A stretch of 43,218 nucleotides of DNA from a virus (taxonomy: Duplodnaviria; Heunggongvirae; Uroviricota; Caudoviricetes), in the IMG/VR virus record IMGVR_UViG_3300035659_001474, positions 85,110 through 128,327 of that record. One strand, 5' to 3'. Numbering within the stretch: position 1 is the first letter of the stretch; the number at the start of each line of letters is the position of its first letter. A program made the position numbers and the translations under genes. Shown piece after piece: positions 39,941 to 43,218 of this stretch. The notes beneath the pieces were generated by a model that did not search any database, had not been told where the DNA came from, and worked only from the letters and a program-made list of their open reading frames with translations.

Positions 39941-40090
39941 TTCAAACAAATTTGAAGCTTTAGTTACGTGCTTGACAATTAATTTGTTTGAATCTTTAAA
40001 TGGCAAACTTGAGTTGCTTTTGATAAGCTTTGCTTCAATGAAGATGACGTCATCGTTGTCATCTTCTTAGCGCCTACACTCAAATAGGCA
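39941..40090 (-). promoter_or_regulatory. Structured 5' leader of the sheath gene (three hairpins plus a 12-bp palindrome)
   Basis: 12-bp inverted repeat 39941-39952/39981-39992, 9-bp stem 40040-40048/40058-40066, palindrome GATGACGTCATC 40043-40054, and GCCTA/TAGGC stem 40072-40076/40085-40089. Confidence 0.5.
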
Positions 40091-40109
40091 TGTAAGATAA
40101 TTTGTGATC

Positions 40110-40300
40110 TATGTAGTTACAGGGTTTATCAAAAAAAAATCACAACTATTTAGTCTACGTATATGAACATAGAGAAATTACATTCTAGCCTATAGAGAAA
40201 TCAACCACATTTTGGGTACATTTAGACTACCAACATGATTATTAGCTATGGATAGAATGTCAAGGATGTTGAATGTATCAACCACTTTATGAGGAGGTAG
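40110..40300. promoter_or_regulatory. Divergent AT-rich intergenic region (likely promoters) with short direct repeats
   Basis: Non-coding gap between divergent genes. A9 run at 40131-40139. ATAGAGAAAT at 40169 and 40192; ATCAACCAC at 40200 and 40277. No clear sigma70 consensus. Confidence 0.35.
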
Positions 40301-40303
40301 TGT

Positions 40304-40684
40304 ATGCAGCATTTGATTGTCATAGCAATTTTGTGCTATGCTACAGTGTGCTGGAGCGGACCGGCATACTATGAAGCCACCGGTCAGACGCAAGTGTTTA
40401 ACCTCACTGTCGGGGCAAAAGCCGGCTGGCAACATGACACACCGGTGAGACAACGAGTGAAAACTCATTCGTTACAGATTCCGTCAATGATCATCATGCC
40501 CATGACCAATGGCATCAACTTGAAAGTCAATTGTATGGGCCAAGTGATGATTTTCAACGCAGCTGGCAAACGAGTATGCCAAGCATCCAGTTCACAGCAA
40601 ATTCGACTCAGTGCCGGTTTGTACTTCGCCAAATTGACAACTACCACTTCATCACAAATAACCCGTTTCACAGTAGCGAGGTAA
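40304..40684 (+). CDS. Small exported protein: signal peptide plus T9SS-like C-terminal sorting domain, 126 aa
   Basis: GAGGAGG SD. Hydrophobic leader ending VCWS|G. C-terminal IFNAAGKRV......L.AGLYFAKL......TRF.V.R. High GC (34/60 at 40381-40440). Confidence 0.7.
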   Translation: MQHLIVIAILCYATVCWSGPAYYEATGQTQVFNLTVGAKAGWQHDTPVRQRVKTHSLQIPSMIIMPMTNGINLKVNCMGQVMIFNAAGKRVCQASSSQQIRLSAGLYFAKLTTTTSSQITRFTVAR

Positions 40685-40688
40685 CCGT

Positions 40689-41714
40689 ATGAAAAGCTTA
40701 ATTGTGTTAGCGCTGACCGCCGTCGTGGTAAATGCTCAAGTTTTGCGAGTCGATTCGGTGTGCGTCGACAGTACATGGAACTCTGACTCTTCATGGTATG
40801 ATGACAATGGGATCTTGGTTCAACGCGCTGCAAGAGATCTCATCGTGTCATTCATTACTGTTGCAGACACTCAATCAATAGTACTACTTGATTCCATAGC
40901 TTTCTCGCTGTCACTCGATAGTGGCAGAACATGGGGGCAATCTCCGAGTCCATTGCGTATTGTTAGAACAGCAGCATTTGTCAGGAATCAGAAACAGTCA
41001 GTACAGCTACGAGTTTTTGGGGCAGATCGCAATAATGTTGCTATTGCAGCATATGTTCGAGGAAGACCATCACTCGATTCAATAACTGATAAAATTGCTG
41101 GACCACTTTATTCCAACGGATTAACATGGACTTGCAAGTTAGTAGACTCAATAAATGATACAGTTCGTTGTTCAATAATATTTCATCCTGCAGGGTGTAA
41201 CAGTTTTCCTTTTAATTGTCAGCAGGAATATAACATGATTGCTGATCTTTACATAAGTTTTAATTCTAATATGTTAGAGGGAGTCGGCACATGGTCTCAA
41301 CCGACTGATTCAACTATAACAGTAAATTTCTCAAGTTGCTGGATGGGTGACATACACTCTCTTAACACAACTGGAAATCCAGATACAACACCGGTGTCTG
41401 ATTCAATAGCAAAACTGATTACAACACCAATGCTAATGCAACTATCTGCCTCAGATACGATAATATACTATCCACTTGACGCCCTATACGGTTATACATA
41501 CATAGTTGGCTGCGCTACTTGTGCTCAACCTCCAGTGATGCTTACTTGCGATACAATGACTGTTCCAGGTTATGGACAACGAGCTGCCGTTCTCAAACTT
41601 GTTCTACCTGATTATTTGAAAATGTCTACCATCAATAAATTAGCATCAATGGCATCAGGCCTAGACATACAAGATTCTACTAGATTTAGAATCAACACTA
41701 ATGAAAGTCTGTAA
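40689..41714 (+). CDS. Exported Cys-rich protein of unknown function, 341 aa
   Basis: GAGG SD. Signal peptide MKSLIVLALTAVVVNA|Q. S.DSGRTW Asp-box-like motif and several Cys. Apparently co-transcribed with the 126-aa gene. Confidence 0.75.
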   Translation: MKSLIVLALTAVVVNAQVLRVDSVCVDSTWNSDSSWYDDNGILVQRAARDLIVSFITVADTQSIVLLDSIAFSLSLDSGRTWGQSPSPLRIVRTAAFVRNQKQSVQLRVFGADRNNVAIAAYVRGRPSLDSITDKIAGPLYSNGLTWTCKLVDSINDTVRCSIIFHPAGCNSFPFNCQQEYNMIADLYISFNSNMLEGVGTWSQPTDSTITVNFSSCWMGDIHSLNTTGNPDTTPVSDSIAKLITTPMLMQLSASDTIIYYPLDALYGYTYIVGCATCAQPPVMLTCDTMTVPGYGQRAAVLKLVLPDYLKMSTINKLASMASGLDIQDSTRFRINTNESL

Positions 41715-41722
41715 CCGCTATA

Positions 41723-41748
41723 AGCTGCAATTTTGCGGCTTTTCTTTT
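41723..41748 (+). terminator. Intrinsic terminator of the plus-strand cassette
   Basis: AGCTGCA-ATTT-TGCGGCT stem (one G.U pair) followed by TTTCTTTT, 8 nt after the stop. Confidence 0.6.
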
Positions 41749-41774
41749 GTAACTAACTGCCACATTTTGCAATG

Positions 41775-43218
41775 CTACGGCACAGATCCATTGACTTTGT
41801 ATGTAATAGAAAATTGAATATAATCTCGTATAAATAATCTAGCATTTAAACTAGAACTGTCTTTAGTTAAAGCTGCAATTCGTCCGCCTCCTCCAGTATT
41901 AGTTGATACTTTTATAAAATCATCACCTTCATAGGATGTTACTGTCCATGAAGGCCAATTGCCCGCGCCTGCGAAAGCTGTTGCAGTCATTTGTAGCACT
42001 CCAGTAACTGCATTATATGCTGTAATTTGTCCGACCATATAGTTAGTTGGAACATACGTATAATAAGCTGTAACTATTTCTCCGACTCTAAATGGCACAT
42101 TTGTTTGAACATTGAATGTCTTAGCTCCGACCCCAATTAAATTTGATGAAGCAGCAATAGTAGTACCAGTTACAAACATTGCAGCCGTACCATTACCCAA
42201 AAATACATTACCAGCAAAAGTATCTGGCACAGCCCAAGAGAAAGTTCCCACGGGTGTCAGGTACAATCCCGTAGTCCAGAAACTACTTGAAGTAATATTA
42301 ATATATCCTTCTAACATAATAGTTTGTGAACCTAACCACATCCATCTCACATGAGATCCTGCTTGAGTAACTGTTCCACCAGCTGAAGCAAATGATACAC
42401 TAATGCCATTTCCAACACCAACATCAAATGCTACGTCGTTCCATTGTCCCAAGATGCTAGTGCCATTGTCATTATAATAATTTGTCGCTCTTGCATTACT
42501 TACATGAACATTTGCTACTCGTTTTGCTGGTAATCCAATATCTTCTGTTCCTACAAGCGGCTCTAATATTCCTGAAAACTGAATATTACCACCAAGTTGA
42601 GGTTGCAACAATCTAGTCCAAATATTAGTAATATATGCATATGCATAATATTCCCCGCCAGAGCCTATTTGTGATGTCGGTGCATCTCTATCTGGCACCA
42701 TTCTATTACACTTAATCTCATAAATGTATCCATAAGCCCAATATCTAAATGCTTCACCTAATTGCGACAACATATCTATTTCGGGTGCAAATACACAACC
42801 AGATGTAGCACCTAAACCAAAAGTAGTTGTAAGCACTTGAGGTTGAATTGCACTGCAAGACACTCTATTACAAAATATATTACTTCTAAATCTTGCAACA
42901 GTACCAACGTCTAATGCATAACCAGGATCAGTCACTCCAATACCGACAAATCCAGTTGATCTCTTAATAGTTATAGCTGACGTAATATACGATCCACTAT
43001 CATTAAGTGCTTGTAATATCAAATCACTACCAGCATTTGCACCGGTCTCATTATTTGTCAGACCCCACGCCCACCTAAACTTATTTGCACTACTTCCAGT
43101 AGATATCATCCAATGTTTAACTGAATTTGGCGCAGCTCCTGGAGCTGTCGGCGAATATGATATAATCGAACCCTGTGTAACATCAAATCTTAGATAATTA
43201 TCACCACCCTCAGCTACA
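41775..43218 (-). CDS. Tail-fibre-like protein, C-terminal part (5' end lies beyond the right edge)
   Basis: The frame stays open upstream of the track's Met at 43109 to the window end (VAEGGDNYLRFDV...KHWM). RW.WG..N.E.G.NAGSDL, GFVGIG..DP...LDV and IG.GAKTF....Y..MVG.IT.Y...TG.L motifs are typical of fibre proteins. Confidence 0.65.
   Translation of the reverse strand, partial: VAEGGDNYLRFDVTQGSIISYSPTAPGAAPNSVKHWMISTGSSANKFRWAWGLTNNETGANAGSDLILQALNDSGSYITSAITIKRSTGFVGIGVTDPGYALDVGTVARFRSNIFCNRVSCSAIQPQVLTTTFGLGATSGCVFAPEIDMLSQLGEAFRYWAYGYIYEIKCNRMVPDRDAPTSQIGSGGEYYAYAYITNIWTRLLQPQLGGNIQFSGILEPLVGTEDIGLPAKRVANVHVSNARATNYYNDNGTSILGQWNDVAFDVGVGNGISVSFASAGGTVTQAGSHVRWMWLGSQTIMLEGYINITSSSFWTTGLYLTPVGTFSWAVPDTFAGNVFLGNGTAAMFVTGTTIAASSNLIGVGAKTFNVQTNVPFRVGEIVTAYYTYVPTNYMVGQITAYNAVTGVLQMTATAFAGAGNWPSWTVTSYEGDDFIKVSTNTGGGGRIAALTKDSSSLNARLFIRDYIQFSITYKVNGSVP

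Larger units (their letters stand above)
1..43218 (-). mobile_element. Contractile-tail morphogenesis module of a large myovirus-type phage (an eCIS/tailocin is less likely)
   Basis: Canonical order sheath-tube-chaperones-tape measure-tube initiators-hub-spike-gp25-baseplate J-gpI-like-collar. Genes abut or overlap (TAATG, ATGA), proteins are very large, and a free-standing endonuclease is inserted. No head genes are in the window. Confidence 0.85.

Noticed and set aside
39929-40006. Sheath start at TTG 40006 (947 aa)
   Set aside because: No SD there. ATG 39928 has GAAAGGA and is followed by the typical sheath N-terminal Y.APGVY motif.
205-42354. The many 60-200 aa plus-strand and alternative-frame ORFs in the track (e.g. 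2979-3314, 25178-25639, 32460-33053, 40190-40468, 40465-40833)
   Set aside because: They are shadows of long genes with recognisable motifs, mostly start at non-ATG codons, and lack SDs or protein-like features.
1-43218. Stop-codon reassignment (common in some large phages)
   Set aside because: Genes up to 6.5 kb are intact in code 11, and TAA, TAG (e.g. 866, 7344, 33828) and TGA (12880, 29302) all end genes right before the next start.
1-43218. CRISPR array, tRNA/rRNA, diversity-generating retroelement, intron or intein
   Set aside because: No spaced DNA repeats, no non-coding gap large enough apart from 39929-40303, no reverse transcriptase or TR/VR pair, and no split gene or intein motif seen by eye. 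All repeats are diverged protein-level repeats.

Overview
The window is an AT-rich, very gene-dense segment of a large (probably jumbo) myovirus-type phage, read in standard code 11. Almost everything is on the minus strand and forms one contractile-tail module. In transcription order (right to left) it holds a tail-fibre-like gene (cut by the window edge), sheath, a small unknown ORF, tube, a terminator, three paralogous tail-assembly chaperones, tape measure, two paralogous tube-initiator-like proteins, hub and a gp5-like spike. These are followed by an inserted PD-(D/E)XK endonuclease with a long HTH array, five accessory genes (one with ten ASH/choice-of-anchor-D repeats), a gp25-like wedge, baseplate J, a 2156-aa gpI/gp7-like wedge protein with many Ig-like repeats, a 44-aa partial paralog and a tail-collar protein. 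No capsid, portal, terminase, integrase, tRNA or CRISPR is visible. A more GC-rich two-gene cassette of exported proteins sits on the plus strand upstream of the sheath; one of them ends in a T9SS-like C-terminal domain. The signals that gene calls do not explain are: (i) a kb-scale oscillation of third-position G/T versus A/C usage that flips inside single co-oriented genes, (ii) the nuclease with nine HTH repeats, (iii) a cargo-less T9SS-CTD protein, (iv) one beta-module reused in the sheath, gp25-like and wedge proteins, and (v) a structured leader overlapping the sheath RBS. All family names come from motif recognition by eye, not from database searches.
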